Assembly: GCF_964355755.1 (NCBI RefSeq)
Contig: NC_092673.1
Location: forward strand, 2,294,001 to 2,358,000
Direction of reading: 5' to 3'
DNA: 64,000 bases
DNA from: Antedon mediterranea
Taxonomy: Eukaryota > Animalia > Echinodermata
A model generated the notes under the pieces. It searched no databases. It was not told the DNA's origin and saw only the letters and a program-made list of their open reading frames with translations. Of the stretch, positions 12,845-26,821 are shown piece by piece (within the stretch, counting starts at the first letter, position 1; each line of letters opens with the position of its first letter). The translations under genes were made by a program, and so were the position numbers.

Positions 12845-13040
12845 AGAGCTGGTAGTCGTAGTAGTAGTTGGTACAGTATTTTGGGTTCTGTTGGTAGTGA
12901 TGATGATGATGGTATTGTAGTTGGCATGGTGGTGGAATATGGGGGGTGATGGTAGGGATGTGATGGTAGGGATGTGATGTTAGTGGTGGTGGGGATTTTT
13001 AAATTGACGATATTAATATGATTTTGGTGGTAATATGATG
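12845..13040. repeat. Low-complexity (GGT/GAT/AGT)n tract
   Basis: Degenerate trinucleotide runs plus a duplicated gtgatggtagggat. Confidence 0.7.
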
Positions 13041-13890
13041 GTGATGATTAATAATAGTGTCAGTGATTGGAAAACAGGAAAATTAATGTCAACTAACATT
13101 TTTTCTCAACTTTCTATCATCTAAAAGTCGTAGTTAGTCATGCCTCGGGTCACATTCTATGGTCACCGTACAGGTAGGCTACTACATTAGTACTTCTATG
13201 GGGTCATTCCATCTCAGTTCACCCAAAAAAAATGGAATTTTAAACCCTACCTCTTCCAATTTTGATGAAATTTGGTATATGTGTGATTCATAGCAATTAA
13301 AGCCAAAATTTCAAATTTTAACTTTATCGGACCAACGGTTTTCGAGATATCGCAATTTCAATTTTCGGTTTTTACGCAAAAAAGGGCGCGGCCACCACGT
13401 TTCAAAGAGCTGTATCTCGGGAACTATAGGTTCGATTTTAAAAGCAAAGGTATTTTTGTAAAGGGGAGACCATAAGGAATCTAAATATTCTAATTGTGTG
13501 TGTTTTATGTTAATTTTAAGTTGAATAAAACTTTGACATATATTTTGACCTTGAAATTGACCCTGTGGAACACGCCCGATTTGTTGGTGACTATCACGAA
13601 AAATGTAGCCCTACGTGTCAACTACAACATATAAAAAAATTGGAGGGGTTTTTTTCTTTGTTTCCATGAAATTACAATTTGAAGTTGACATACCTCTTCC
13701 TTTCAGTGTATTGTTGGTGTTGTTATACTTATACACAGTGTGAACACTAACTGTTAAGGTGTCTTATTGTTACGCTTTCTCATCAGGCCCACTTAAACAG
13801 TAGATATATTTTGATATGAGAAATACTGGGTAACTCACATACTTTTCAAATCAATTTTGACACATAGTTTAGTGTCCTTACTATGTTATT

Positions 13891-15169
13891 ATGCACATTA
13901 ACATATGCATAATAAGTGATTGCAGAGAACATACAACAGTTACTGTATATGCCTTTTTAAAGGTTGTCATCCCCTATTTAAAAACAAAACTACCAACCAT
14001 GAAAAAAGTTCAGTATTTCACAGATGGATGTGGCGGCCAATACAAAAACAAATATAACTTTATTAACCTTTGCCACCACCAGGAAGATTTTGGTTTAGAC
14101 GCGGCGCCGAGTGGAATTTTTTCGCTACATCACATGGCAAGAGTGCATGTGATTGTGATGGCATAGGTGGAACAGTTAAGAGGCTTGTCACTAAGAGAAG
14201 CTTATCAGCGTTTGACTGAATGTCATATTCTCACATCTCTTAGTATGTTCGACTACTGTGTAATTTTTTATTTTTATTTTATGTCTTTAGGCAATGTGGC
14301 CAAGGATTACCAATAGTTAATTAATCACTGTCCTATCAGATAGGTGGTAATCCCCCTGATACAGGGGCTATTGTGTGAACCAGTTGACCGGGGTAACCCC
14401 CTACTCTTTTTCGAATAATGAACTGGGTTCTTTAAAGTACACACAGGTTATAACTGTGTACACTGGACCTACGGTTTATAGTCCTTATCCGAGAAGACTT
14501 GTTCCACCACCAGAACTAGGAGCGAGTCGGCCTCGAACCCTTGCCGATGTTGTTGTTGGCTCTTTAGGTACAGTAAACGGCGCCCCTGCCTTAAGCGCTC
14601 GGCCATATGACTCACTCATATGGACATTCCAGGCATCAACATTTTTCATGTGGGAATAGATGAGGTATCTACTGTGGAAAAAAAAATAAAGCCGAGATTC
14701 AACCTCGCCCAGACCATCAAGGGTACATTACAATATCATTGTTCCCGTTTCTCTGGCACAGATGCAGGTCTACAAACTTAGTACCCAGATAAACCCTCCG
14801 GATGTGGTAGTGATTCAAGAATCTTTCAGTGATGAAAATGAAATTGTTGCTGATACACAACCCACCATTATTAGACTTCAGAATTTTGTGTGCTGTAGTT
14901 ATGATGGTGTCCCATGGATTGTTTTGGTTGTGGATGTCTCAGAAGAGTTTGGGGATTATCAAATTAAATTTATGCATCCTCATGGGCCAGCGAAAACCTT
15001 TTATTGGCCGTCCAAAGAAGACTGTTGTTGGATTTCTGAATCAAATATACATTGTATTATAGCCTCTCCGTTTATAAAATCCTCTTCGACTAGGAATTAC
15101 AGTATTTCCCAAAATGATCGCCACAACATTTCTAAATACTGTTTGAATTGGCCAGATGACAAGGAGTAA
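13891..15169 (+). pseudogene. Frameshifted C-terminal part of a Sola2-like DDD transposase
   Basis: YFTDGCGGQYKN, (frameshift) EWNFFATSHGKSACD..GIGGTVKR, RFNLAQTIKGT, C-terminal YDGVPW...IKFMHPHGPAKTFYWPSKEDCCWI; interrupted by a SINE. Confidence 0.82.
14263..14613 (-). mobile_element. tRNA-derived SINE with Deu/Nin-like central domain, nested in the Sola transposase
   Basis: Minus strand: A box tggccgagcgcttaagg, B box ggttcgaggcc, core tctcggataaggactataaaccgtaggtcc...ttaaagaaccc...ccccggt, A-rich tail. Confidence 0.8.
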
Positions 15170-18100
15170 AGGCCAGACATAGACAATTTAACATTATAAT
15201 ATTTATATTTAGTTTGTAAATAAAATTATTTTTGGAATACATCAAATTGACATTGAAGTAATGCATGGACATACACCAAAAATACACTAAAAGGAAGAGG
15301 TATGTCAACTTCAAATTGTAATTTCATGGAAACAAAGAAAAAAACCCCTCCAATTTTTTTATATGTTGTAGTTGACACATAGGGCTACATTTTTCGTGAT
15401 AGTCACCAACAAATCGGGCGTGTTCCACGTGGTCAATTTCAAGGTCAAAATATATGTCAAAGTTTTATTCAAATTAAAATTAACATAAAACACACACAAT
15501 TAGTATATTTAGATTCCTTATGGTCTCCCCTTTACAAAAATACCTTTGCTTTTAAAATCGAACCTATAGTTCCCGAGATACAGCTCTTTGAAACGTGGCG
15601 GATGCGCCCTTTTTTGCGTAAAAACCGAAAATTGAAATTGCGATATCTCGTAAACCGTTGGTCCGATAAAGTTAAAATTTGAAATTTTGGCTTTAATTGC
15701 TATGAATCACCCATATACCAAATTTCATCAAAATTGGAAGAGGTAGGGTTTAACTCATTGGGTGATCTGAGATGGAATGACCCTATGAATGGATGACTAG
15801 CCAGTGACAATAACGCTAGTTGGTCATACCCAGTACCGTTTTGATTTTACGATCATTCGGGAAACCACCTCACGACGAAAATTGATCTTGAAATATCAAT
15901 AAATTTTAAAATTAGATTGGATTTATGGAGTTAAAAATTGTTTTAGCCTAAAATAATACGAATATGCCTTTGCGTCTACAGTTCGGAACTATTTACCATG
16001 AAAAATCTTGTGTGTTTTGTTCACGTTTTATTGATATAAAAGATTTCAAAGTGCGCACTAATTTTGTAATTGTTGCGAAAAGAATACATTTTTAACACTA
16101 GATTAAATTGTTGAAAATAGATTGTTTACTTGAGTAGTTTTACAGCTTTACATAGTTTAATAAACTAGTAATCATCAGTTAACCATCTTGTTAATACCTA
16201 CTGTACTTCTAATTTGTATTGTTAAAATGTATATTAGAATGAGTAGCATTGTGGTAAGGTGATTGGTTAAACAGGCAGTATGTATTTTTTTACATGAAAT
16301 GTATTCCAAAATATTAAGTAATTCAGATAATTATTGATGGTGGACAAATATATTTATGCATTATGATACTTTTTAAATTTAAGAGGAATTTAAAGTTTAT
16401 CAACACAATGAGATAATTATATACTGTAGTGCTATGGATGTCCAGTTGAATTGATATTTTGGGCATTTCTTTATCAATCTACCAGCCAATACAACAATAG
16501 GCTAACATTGCTAAATAATGTTAATCATTAAGGCACTCGGTATAAAGGTCATAACATACTGTACTTAACTGTAACCCTTATCCTTTACAGTATTTTGACA
16601 GTATTTTATTGGTTTTATCAGTTTTCTCTTGGTCAAAATTTTCTACAGTATGCAAGCGATTTTATCCATCTTTTTACTATAGTTTACCATGGTTAATGTA
16701 GGCCAAATACGTTTCTTAAATTCCTATTTTATAATTTACAATAGCCTGGTCAACTACATCCTCCAAGTACATACTATTTACCCCCTCTGTGGTTTTGCAT
16801 GTAGTATATAAATATATATTTATGATTATACCAGTGGCCCTTTATCTTGTGATATTAATAGCTAAAGATGTTTTTAAATGCTATAGTCTAAAACTCAGCT
16901 CTTATATAATTGTATTGAGAAAATGTACTTTATTACACAGTTAGGCTTTACAATGTCCACGCCATCAGACAATATGTAGGTATACATTACTACAGTAGTA
17001 CTGTACAGCAGGCCTGCTATACTATACACACATACTGGACAGTAACTATAAATAGACCAACTAGGTTTTAATTATATACATTGATACCATTTGTAATATA
17101 ACTTCTTTGTTTAAAAACTACAGACTTTATGACTTATAATACAATATGGGTTCTCGTATTACTTTGTGGGAAATTTTAAAAATCTATTTTAGTAATCAAA
17201 ACAAATTATTTATACTATAATATCACTTGTATTTTTAATACTGTGTAGTTTATTTTGTATTGTTGTTTATTCCTGGAAGAATCGTTTTGGATATTAATTA
17301 GGTTTATTTTGTTGATGTGCACAGTGTAAAACACATCATGTACTACAGGTACTGTACTGTACTGTTGACTAAATATTTTATGTTGACAATATTATCTGTA
17401 AAGAATGTTTAAATAGGAATTGTTCATTAAAACGGATATGACTGCTTGATAGGTCATGCAGCATTGTTGGAACTTTTGTGTTTCATTATGCTAGGCCCTG
17501 GGCATGTAGATTGCAGCATTCCGATGCATACCAGCTCAGTCTCCTTGTAATTGCTATGAAGCAGCAGACATTCTGTAGCATGGTGTTACATCCAGGTCAG
17601 TGCCTGCCACTCCCTATAAACATGAAATAAGCCTATTGTTCGTATAGTACAATGGGCCAAAAAACAGGAAAAGCAATTGATACCAGAAAAGTCTCAAAGA
17701 ACTTCGGAATACCACCAATAATTATAATAATTATTATTCTTTATTTCCCAATGATATCAAATCAATAATTGTATTTTATCAATTTTGTTATATTTAATCA
17801 TTAAAGATAATTTAATTGATTTAAGCTATTTTGGTATTAAACTTTTTAAATTTCAGTCTATTTGAAATGACTTTACTGGGCTGTATGAGAGAGACTACCT
17901 GTAGCTATAATATTTATGTTCATTCATTTTTTAGTCTCAAATTCAAAGAAATTATTTATATATTATAATACTTATTATTTAAAGAAATATGAATATTTTA
18001 AATTGTACTTAAATAGCAATAAAAAGTTAGAGACACTTCTAACCCTTTAGCAGATTATGTCTAGACAAACACAATGCACTTCGCTCCAAATATTTATAAA

Positions 18101-19558
18101 TCATAGGGTATTTTAAATTCTTTACATAATGTTATACCCCCTACCAAAGCTGTACAGTGTTAATTTTATTCGAGGTGATAAAGAGATTTAAATGTTCTCT
18201 AAAAAGCTTTAACTATTTTCATTTAAGAAACTGAATAAAAAAAATTACCCATACAAAAAATTATGTTTAAAATTATTACGAATTAATTAATGTTTGTCAT
18301 GTACTGAACCAACATTCATTTTAAATAGATAACAAAATAATTTTAGTTTAAACAAAGAAAAGAATACAAATCAGTCTTGAAACAGAATCCAAAGTCGTAA
18401 CACTAAACTTTCGTGAAATATAACGCTAATGTTATTCATAGATTTAAATTAGTTTATTTATGTTACATATTTGTGGTATCAAATATGAATTACCCCTTTG
18501 TGTGTGTGCATAATTTGGTGTGGCATTGTATTTACCAGGTCAGCACATTCCAGTGATAGTTGTTACATGATTTTATACCAGGTCCTCATTGTCATACCTT
18601 TTTCTTTGATGCAAATAATTTGTTGTCCTATATTTATAAAAATTAATTTAAAAATTTAATCGTTAGTGTTTTCTACTACTACAGTGTGAAATATTTTGGC
18701 ATACATTTTGCAATGATCCTTGTCACTTTGGTACCAAATTCCTTCCCTGAACTGGCCTGGAAATCTGTGATGTAATGTGAGAAGTTGGCATATAAACATG
18801 AATGTGGACTGATCTTTTTTAACCTATACATAACTTCATAAACATCACATCCAATAAGATTTGGAAATTTAATTAAAATGTACAGTAATTAAAATGTCTT
18901 AATATAAAATGCACACACCACACTTAGTATTAGTAAAAAACGAATAAAATTTTGTAGTCATTAAACATAGCTTTCCTGTCAAGTATGTCCAATTCATTAA
19001 CATTGATGTACAGTATTGTTATTTAATTAAAGTATATTATATGTTTTCACCTTCAAACATAATTGGCATTTTCTTTAATTTACAGTTAATTTTTGTATGC
19101 TTTTTTATTCATTATACTGGACAGTATACAATAAGAAATTTATAAAATCAAAATGATTGATAAAAAGTGTACAGGCTTGTTAAATAATGTTAATAAATAT
19201 ATTTTAATTTTTTCAGTTGCATTTGTTATTGTCTATAACTTTTTATTCTTGAAGCACTAACTTATCTTCATATTAATTCTGCAAAAAACCTGGGTATAAA
19301 TAATGTTATCTTCTGATCAAAATTCTGAAAAAAAAAAACAGTTTAAAGGGAAACTGTGTATGCATTTTTACCATGTTGATATAATAAATGTGTTGATTGT
19401 GGTGAAGAAGATTTACTTTTTACTTATAAATTTTGAGATGGCAGACCTCGGAGAACACAGCAAAGAGGTCTTGGAGAACACAGCAAAGATGTCTTGGAGA
19501 ACGCTAAAGATGGTTGTAGTACAACAATTAAAACATCACAAGACATTCTCAACCTTAA

Positions 19559-19729
19559 AGCTCTGTCTACACCATCAAACTTTATGTGACAACAAATTGT
19601 GATGTGCCCATACAGTATATGGGCATGGGCATGATGATGTCATAACACTACCATATTTGAGAATATCACTACCATATTTGAGCATGTCACACTTTTTTGT
19701 CAAAATAGTCTGATAGTGTAGACAGAGCT
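19559..19729 (+). mobile_element. MITE family A
   Basis: agctctgtctacac...gtgtagacagagct, TAA/TTA flanks. Confidence 0.82.
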
Positions 19730-20250
19730 TTACTTCGTTCCTATTTGAAAACACCTGGCATACTTTATTTGCCATGCAACTTTAAGTCCTTAAACAATAC
19801 AGCCAATTAATCCATTGTTATTGCAAATGCAATAGAAATGTTAAAGTATAAATTCCTCTTTAAAAGTCATTGTTCTGTGATTAGTATTCTAATCAGTATG
19901 AAGCCTGCCAACTAACAAATATTAGAATAATTTGTAATCATTTATATTGATGACTTTCTGTGATTGATGAATAGAACTTATTATTCCAATTTGGTATGCT
20001 TCTACTATGATGCATTCTTTATTACCTTTTTGCATTGCTATTGTACGTTTGTGTGTGAATATATTGTTCTCTTAAATACAGGAATCAATAAATTAATTTG
20101 TCTTTGTTTCTAGAATTGTACGAGATTGTTGTAAACATAACATCATCGTCGTACAAATTGTCCATTCTCATAATTTAATACAGTCTCAAAAAGGTTTGCC
20201 AAATTGAATTGATTAGGAACGTATTTGAGATCTTTTGGATCCTAAAGATA

Positions 20251-20357
20251 CCAAATATGGTAGCGATGTGCTCAAATATGGTAGTGATATGACATCATCA
20301 TTTCCATACATGTGCACATTTTTTTTTCGCATAAAGTTTGATAGTGTAGACAGGGCT
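20251..20357 (-). mobile_element. MITE family A, partial
   Basis: ccaaatatggtag...tttgatagtgtagacagggct; about 110 bp upstream of the THAP exon acceptor. Confidence 0.75.
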
Positions 20358-20488
20358 TAAGAAGACCCTAGGATTATTTTCTCAAGTTTTTTCGGTATAT
20401 TTATTATTAAAGACAAAAGATTGTAACTGTATCAATAAATTAATTAACTACTTTTCTATCTGTTCACAGATTGGTCTTCTACTGAGTC

Positions 20489-20647
20489 ATGCCGACAACA
20501 TGCGGTTTTCCTAATTGCAAATTTCGTTCACGTTACAAGGGAACTGACGATCCCCGCCATTTTTATCGTGTCCCGAAGAGACCATCTGTTTTGCGCGAGA
20601 AGTGGTTAGAAGCTATTGGCCGAACAGAGGAGACTATAGTTGGGCAG
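20489..20647 (+). CDS. CtBP: THAP-CtBP coding exon 1: N-terminal part of THAP domain (MPTTCGFPNCKFRSRYKGTDDPRHFYRVPKRPSVLREKWLEAIGRTEETIVGQ)
   Basis: cacag| acceptor at 20469, ATG at 20489, CAG|gtaga donor, 53 codons phase 0; C-x4-C, conserved P and W of THAP; closely resembles the C. elegans CTBP-1a N-terminus as I recall it. Confidence 0.92.
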
Positions 20648-21608
20648 GTAGAAATAAAATGACGCTTACGATAGTTTGTCTTGCTTCAGAAAATGCATGT
20701 TTAAATCGAGACAGTGTCAAATACAATGCTTGCATCTATGATTACAATCAAAACCTCATTTGAAATATTATTACATAACGTGAAGATGGCTTGTATCTCT
20801 CAGCTATTACCTCCCAGACTGTTGCTCTCAAATCTAGTTTACAGTATAAATCTTACAGTAAAAAACAAAGTTTAGAAGATGAAAAGTATAAATGAATTTC
20901 ATTTTCCAATCCATTGAATAAGAAAAACCAAAATTTATTGTTTTGCTTTTTGTCAAAAATCAGTATGCATTAGTCTTCGGAGAAGGTGCCCTTATGTCGA
21001 CATTCAACTAAACTGTGTCGACGTAAGCGCTCCGAGCAACTGGACACATGTCGACATAAGCTTAGTTGCTTTCAGTTGCCCGTGTTTTATTACTTTTTTT
21101 GGAACCGAAAACTGCAAATCTAGTCGCGCATGCGGTAACCGCAATCGGTTAGATTTTATTATAAGCGCATATCTTCAAAAATTCACCTTATTGTAATTGT
21201 ACACTTTTACAATATAAATGTGTCCAATTTTATAAAATTTACTAAATTGTATTGACACTATATGTGAACGTTGTTGTATATTGTACTGTATGTTGTATAG
21301 CATGCTGCATGTACTGTACTACTATCTCTACCTTTGCTTGCACATCACTGGTACAGTTTGTCACATTCCATAACACTAACCACCTAATCATTTAGATCTG
21401 CATTATCAACAGTGTGGTACTTAATTTTCAGTGAATCCCAAAGAATTTCTGTCAAGGATGCATAGTTAATTAAATCTACATATAGCTGGTATGGAATCAT
21501 TTTGCAGTCATATTTTTAAATGAACAAACTATCAACCGGAAACAGTTATGGTATGGATTGGATTGTGTAAAATCCGCTTGGTGATTACAGATTTCTCAGG
21601 CCATTCTA

Positions 21609-21767
21609 AGCCCGTAGCCAGAAGGGGTTCAAGCAAGGGAAAATTGCCATTTTCAAACTAGAGACAAGCATAAAAATGATTGTAAACAGGCCTAACTAGC
21701 CTAGTTCATTACTTTTTTACCCCTTTGTGGACAAAGTGAATCTCCTTGTATAAATCCTGGCTACGGT
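21609..21767. mobile_element. Small degenerate TIR element
   Basis: ccgtagccag ... ctggctacgg inverted ends. Confidence 0.45.
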
Positions 21768-24113
21768 ATTATGTTTTGTTGGTAAAAAGGATCACTAGTC
21801 TACCAACATTGGTTAATAGTGCACTTCAACATCTTGTTGGGTTCGTCTTTGTTTACAAATGATTGTTACCAAATCAGAAAGGTGTGACCGCAAAAGCATT
21901 TTGATCTTTTTATTTTTATTCTAAATGCACGGTATTATAATTAATATAACTAATAACTTTTTGAATCCAATGGAAAACGTGAGGATCAATTGACTATAGA
22001 GGGCGGACTACAGTTGTAAACTAGACTCCAGATGTATTGCATTTAAATCTTTAAAAAAAAAGAAAACTGTTCCCAATAATCAACTTGTACTACGGTACAT
22101 GGCGATACCTAAAATTGAAGACTTTTTAAAGTACTACAAGAGTACAGTATATGATTAAAATATTAGGGCCAGTACTAATAGTAAATGATGCACAGTAGAA
22201 CCAGCAGTATAGTTTATAGTTGGCTTACAGACAGAACATACAGAGTGCGCTTTGGGTTAAGTGTGTACAGTAGTTATAGTAACAATGTAGTTTTTAATTG
22301 TGTGATTAACAGTACACAGCAAACACAACATTGCTTCTGCACTCCATCTATGCTTCTCTTCATATTGCTAGTTAAGATATTTTTCACCAAGAATTCATCA
22401 CCATTTGTACACATTAAATTATTACTGAAATATAATATTATACACACATTAATAACTTATTAAATATATTTTACATTACGCATGGATTTACTGTAGCTTA
22501 TACTGGGACCTACCTTGGTGATAAAGGGAACAATGAATGCACACAAATTAAGAATGGTTAAAGGCACGATAGTCTTTTTGAGAATTGAGACTTTACTGTC
22601 CATCCAAACTGAAATCTACATCCATGATACAAACAAATAACATTTTCTCAGTTTTATTAACACTTTTTTGATAATCACATTCTAGTTATAGATTCTAACA
22701 AACAGTTTTTTTTAGTAAATTAATTTTTCATTACAGTTTTCTATTTTAGCTTAAAATCTTATATTTTTTTTCCATTTTAGAATTCACACCTTTTTCACCA
22801 GCAGTTTTGATTTTTTATTTTAGCTTCACCACGCTTCACAAATTAGTAGAAATTAAAAACATTTGCTTACGCCATTTATGTGTTTTACTCATTTCGTTTA
22901 ATTTCGTTTAACCTTTCCTATATTTTTTTGTGTTCATAATTTGTTCTTCCTTGTTTTATGATTTCTTTTTCTCTACCCCTTCTGCAAGGTTATCAGTTGC
23001 TGATTTTGGACAAGAGTTGACCGTTTGCAAGTGATTTTTATTGACAATAAAAAAGGTATAAATGAAACATTATTAGATCGCAAACTTATTTCTTTTTAAT
23101 AATGTTTGTAATACAAAACATTCATTATAAAGGAGAACTAACTTTAGTTTTAACAAATTATGTCGAATAACCACCCATCAGATACAAAGGTGTACAGTAA
23201 GCTGTAGTTATTTTAGTATTTTCCGTACAGCAGTATTCATTTTAACTAAAGAAAAATAAGCAATCGTTCATAACATAATAATAATATTGCTGTAATCTTT
23301 TTTTTTGTTTATTTTCAAATAAAAACAATTTTTCAGTTATAGTTTAGTAATAGAGGACTCAAATGGTCATTGCAATGCATTTTGTTATGAATCTGACTAT
23401 TGTGTTGAGTTTTAGTTTTGGTAATGTAAAGTTTTTAATATTAATATAATGTCTGTTCTGCTCTTTTGTCCTAACAAACTTTCGTTCATTCTTTCGTTAA
23501 TACAATAAACAAACAAGCAGCAAACATTTCAAATACAGTATATAGACATTTTCAATTAATTGCCAACAAAAAAAATAGAATTAGTATTAGGTTACCGTTG
23601 ATACTGAGTATATTTCATATAATAAGATAAGATAAACCGACATTGAACTATTATCTCAGAGAAGAGAGCTACAACTGAAATATATTTAAAACACTTATTA
23701 AACACCCCTGTCAGATAATGGTACATTCCATAAAGCCTGCCCTCAAGTGGGAACATCCAAATTTGTGTAATTTAGCATTGGTGACAATGTTATAAACATT
23801 AGCGATGACCTTGGACTTCAGTAAATTATGCATTACATCATTTTCTGTCATCCAGCTTTGATATTAAATTTATTTTAGATTTTTTTTCAAGAAGACCATA
23901 CCAAACGGTTTTAAATGCACATTTCTGTGTTAACAGAATCAAAGCTCATTGTCTGAACCTAAAATTTGGTCTAACACCAACAATTGACCAACAAACTAAA
24001 CTCTATGTTTGCAAATATTTTCATGAAAAAGAGTTTCTCACAAACTTTAAACCCACTGAAGAAACCCAGAAACTGACCCATGAATTACATTAGAATAATT
24101 CTTGAATACAGAA

Positions 24114-24170
24114 AATAATTAAATATAATAATTAAATATAATAATTAAATATAATAATTAAATATAATAA
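24114..24170. repeat. 13-bp AT-only tandem repeat (aataattaaatat) x about 4
   Basis: Directly visible. Confidence 0.8.
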
Positions 24171-24623
24171 ACAAAAAAAAAAAGACATCATCATTATTGA
24201 TTGACAACAAAAAATAATCATCACTGATCTGTAGAATCATCTTTTCACAGATAAAATAAGTGTATAGAATGTGTCTGTATGAACCAAGCTTTACGATCAA
24301 CATAATGAATTATTCGTCGCATTAAACGTCACTGTAGGCTACATACACATCACCGAACCTCCTGGGGATATGGGCTTAGGTCCACTGTATAATGAAAGCG
24401 CGTACTACTAGGCTGTTTGCGCTCATTCTCTTCGCTACCATCTGTCATTAAGTTTATTCTAGCTTGGTAACATTGTCTATTGGTATTTAGATGCTTATGG
24501 AGGAACAATTTCTGATTGTAGTGGACTACTTTAGCTTTCCCTTTGTTTATTCATACTAATTCACCGGGCTGTTTAGAATTGCTTCTAATGCCTGTAGTAA
24601 ACGTTTATATATTAAAAGATTCA

Positions 24624-24666
24624 TTTGCACTGATGAAGGGCTAGTGTTGCCCGAAAGCTCTGCTAA
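24624..24666 (+). ncRNA. Minimal type I hammerhead ribozyme motif (Penelope-like element pLTR type), copy 1
   Basis: gca CTGATGA a gggc-tagtgtt-gccc GAAA gc TC tgc: core boxes, 4-bp stem II, stem I gca/tgc, palindromic AGCT in place of stem III. Confidence 0.7.
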
Positions 24667-24787
24667 TATTCCTAGCTGTTTTTATCGTTTTGATTTAGAT
24701 TTTCACTTTTTTTTTGTATCGCCATTGAGATCCAGCCACTGATACCCACAGCATTGTCATTTTTTCAGTAATTTGCTTTTGGATTTA
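24625..24787 (+). mobile_element. Dispersed about 165-bp repeat, probable Penelope-like pLTR remnant
   Basis: High similarity to 56083-56251 throughout (ccattgagatccagccactg.tacccacagcattgtcattttttcagtaatttgc); carries the hammerhead motif. Confidence 0.65.
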
Positions 24788-26821
24788 TTTTGAAAGATTA
24801 AGTTATGTAACAAACAAAAATAGTTAGTGTTTTGAAGTAACTTATTGGTAGATATGATGCTGTTAAGATCATTAGAAAATGTCCGCACTGTAAAATATTA
24901 TTATTTTTTTTGTAAACTGCAATAAACAAAAAATTTGCTAATAAATAGAATAGGAGGTTAGGAAATTTTATATAATGTAGGAATATTCTGGAATATATAA
25001 CAGCCAAAAATAAACATCACTTTTATTTTTAAGAGAGATAATGAGACATGTAAAGTAATGTATAACACATCATAGTAATACTAATACTCATTAAGCATAG
25101 AATTTTCAATAGTATATTGCGAGTTATTTGCTTTTATTGTAAGATGTAAAAATATGCTTCGTTGTCGTCAATGATATTCGATACAATTTACAATGATGGT
25201 TTCTACCACCATCATCATATTTTGACCTTTCCCAAGAGGTGAACTGGATTCTGAGATAGAGTAAGCTGATTTAGATCCTAGTTCTGACTTCTTGAACTGT
25301 CTTCAAACGCCGTATACCTGATATTGATCAAATAAGAAGCACATCTGTAACTGTCTGTTTATAGGCAAAAGAGAATGATAATTTGAGAGTTTTTACCTAA
25401 TTGCTACAAAATGAATGCATTATTAAAGTAGTGTATATTATCTTTCGTTTCGATTAGCAATACGCTCGTTTAAATTAAGAACAGTTCGTAAATATTTCCT
25501 TCACAAAGTGTTCTACGATTGCAGAATACATTTATTCAAATGTGTGTAGTGTTGGCCACACTACTGTAGCAATATATTGTTTTAAAGATAAATAAATTCA
25601 AAACTTATACCATTCTATATAATTTGTACTATGTGTAAATTGCAAAAATATTAATCCATGCCAAACCAGAACTAAAAAATAAACCATTGTTATACGCAGA
25701 TAATACTAAATAATTCCTAAACAATATAACCACCTCAACCATATCAATACAGCCCTTCCCCAGCCCCCATTTTTTTAATTATTTGATTATTGTTCTCAAG
25801 AAATTAATAAGATCACCAAACCTCTTTTAAATTTCACCTAAAAACAACTATCACTGAATTATAAATGTAACCAGTAAAGCCCTTTTTCCTACACCCCATA
25901 CTTTTTTTTTTTCATTTCACAAATAGGTGGCGCGCGTGTGTAGACATAAATAATATTTCAGTATTCTATGGTTTTAAAGAACCTAAACGAAAAACATAAT
26001 TTGTCTTTCGACATCCAACCTTGTCATTTTGCATGTACTGTACAGCAGATAAGAATGCATAAAATATCCCAATAATATAATTAAAAGACAATATGGCAAA
26101 AGCTAGCTAGGTCACATCAGAGCATTTCCGCACGTGCTTTAAGGTTTTTGATCAGAACATGCATGTACGCCCTTGGAAGCTGTAGGCTACGGTTCAGAAC
26201 GAGAATTGATTTGTAATATTGCGATTGTATGACACGTATGTTTACACGCCATTGCACGTGTTGTCAAGCAGCTACTGGCAGGATGCTTATAACAAGATTC
26301 TTATATCTTCGATGCAATTCACTAATTACAAGGAGTGATGTCTGCCAATCAAATTGATTGACATGTATTATTGGGTACAACTAATAATACATGGTAGATT
26401 ATTAAAAATACAAATAATTAAAAAGCCGATAATATAATAATTAATAATAAAAACATTAACAATAAATGATAAATTTTAATGAATTTATATTGTGAATCTT
26501 TAAGATTGTTTAAAAACACTAATCTTTAAATGTAAATTGTTATCCAGATTACATTTAGGCCGAAAATTTAGCCTTTCATCCTAATTCGGTCAGAATTAAT
26601 ATTATAAAAACTTATTTTAATCACAGAAGCAATTGTTAACCTCAATGATGTTTTTTAGCCGCAAAATATAAATTATTAAAATACTGTACAAGAGTATAAA
26701 ATTACATTTGGATGTTTTATTATGATTTCTTTATTAATTGTATTATTAATTGGAGTTATACAGGAGTTTTTAATGTTATGTTTATTTGGATGTGAGATAC
26801 CCCAAGAGCACATACTACACT

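Larger units (their letters stand above)
13201..15783 (+). mobile_element. Sola2-type DNA transposon, internally deleted, about 515-bp TIRs, 4-bp TSD TATG
   Basis: GGG...CCC termini; TATG at 13197-13200 and 15784-15787; TIRs 13201-13720 and 15273-15783 are near-identical; transposase relic inside. Confidence 0.88.

Noticed and set aside
14375-14659. 94-aa ORF (and 44059-44247, 60821-61039, 55791-56272)
   Set aside because: These fall within SINE or pLTR-like repeats; spurious.
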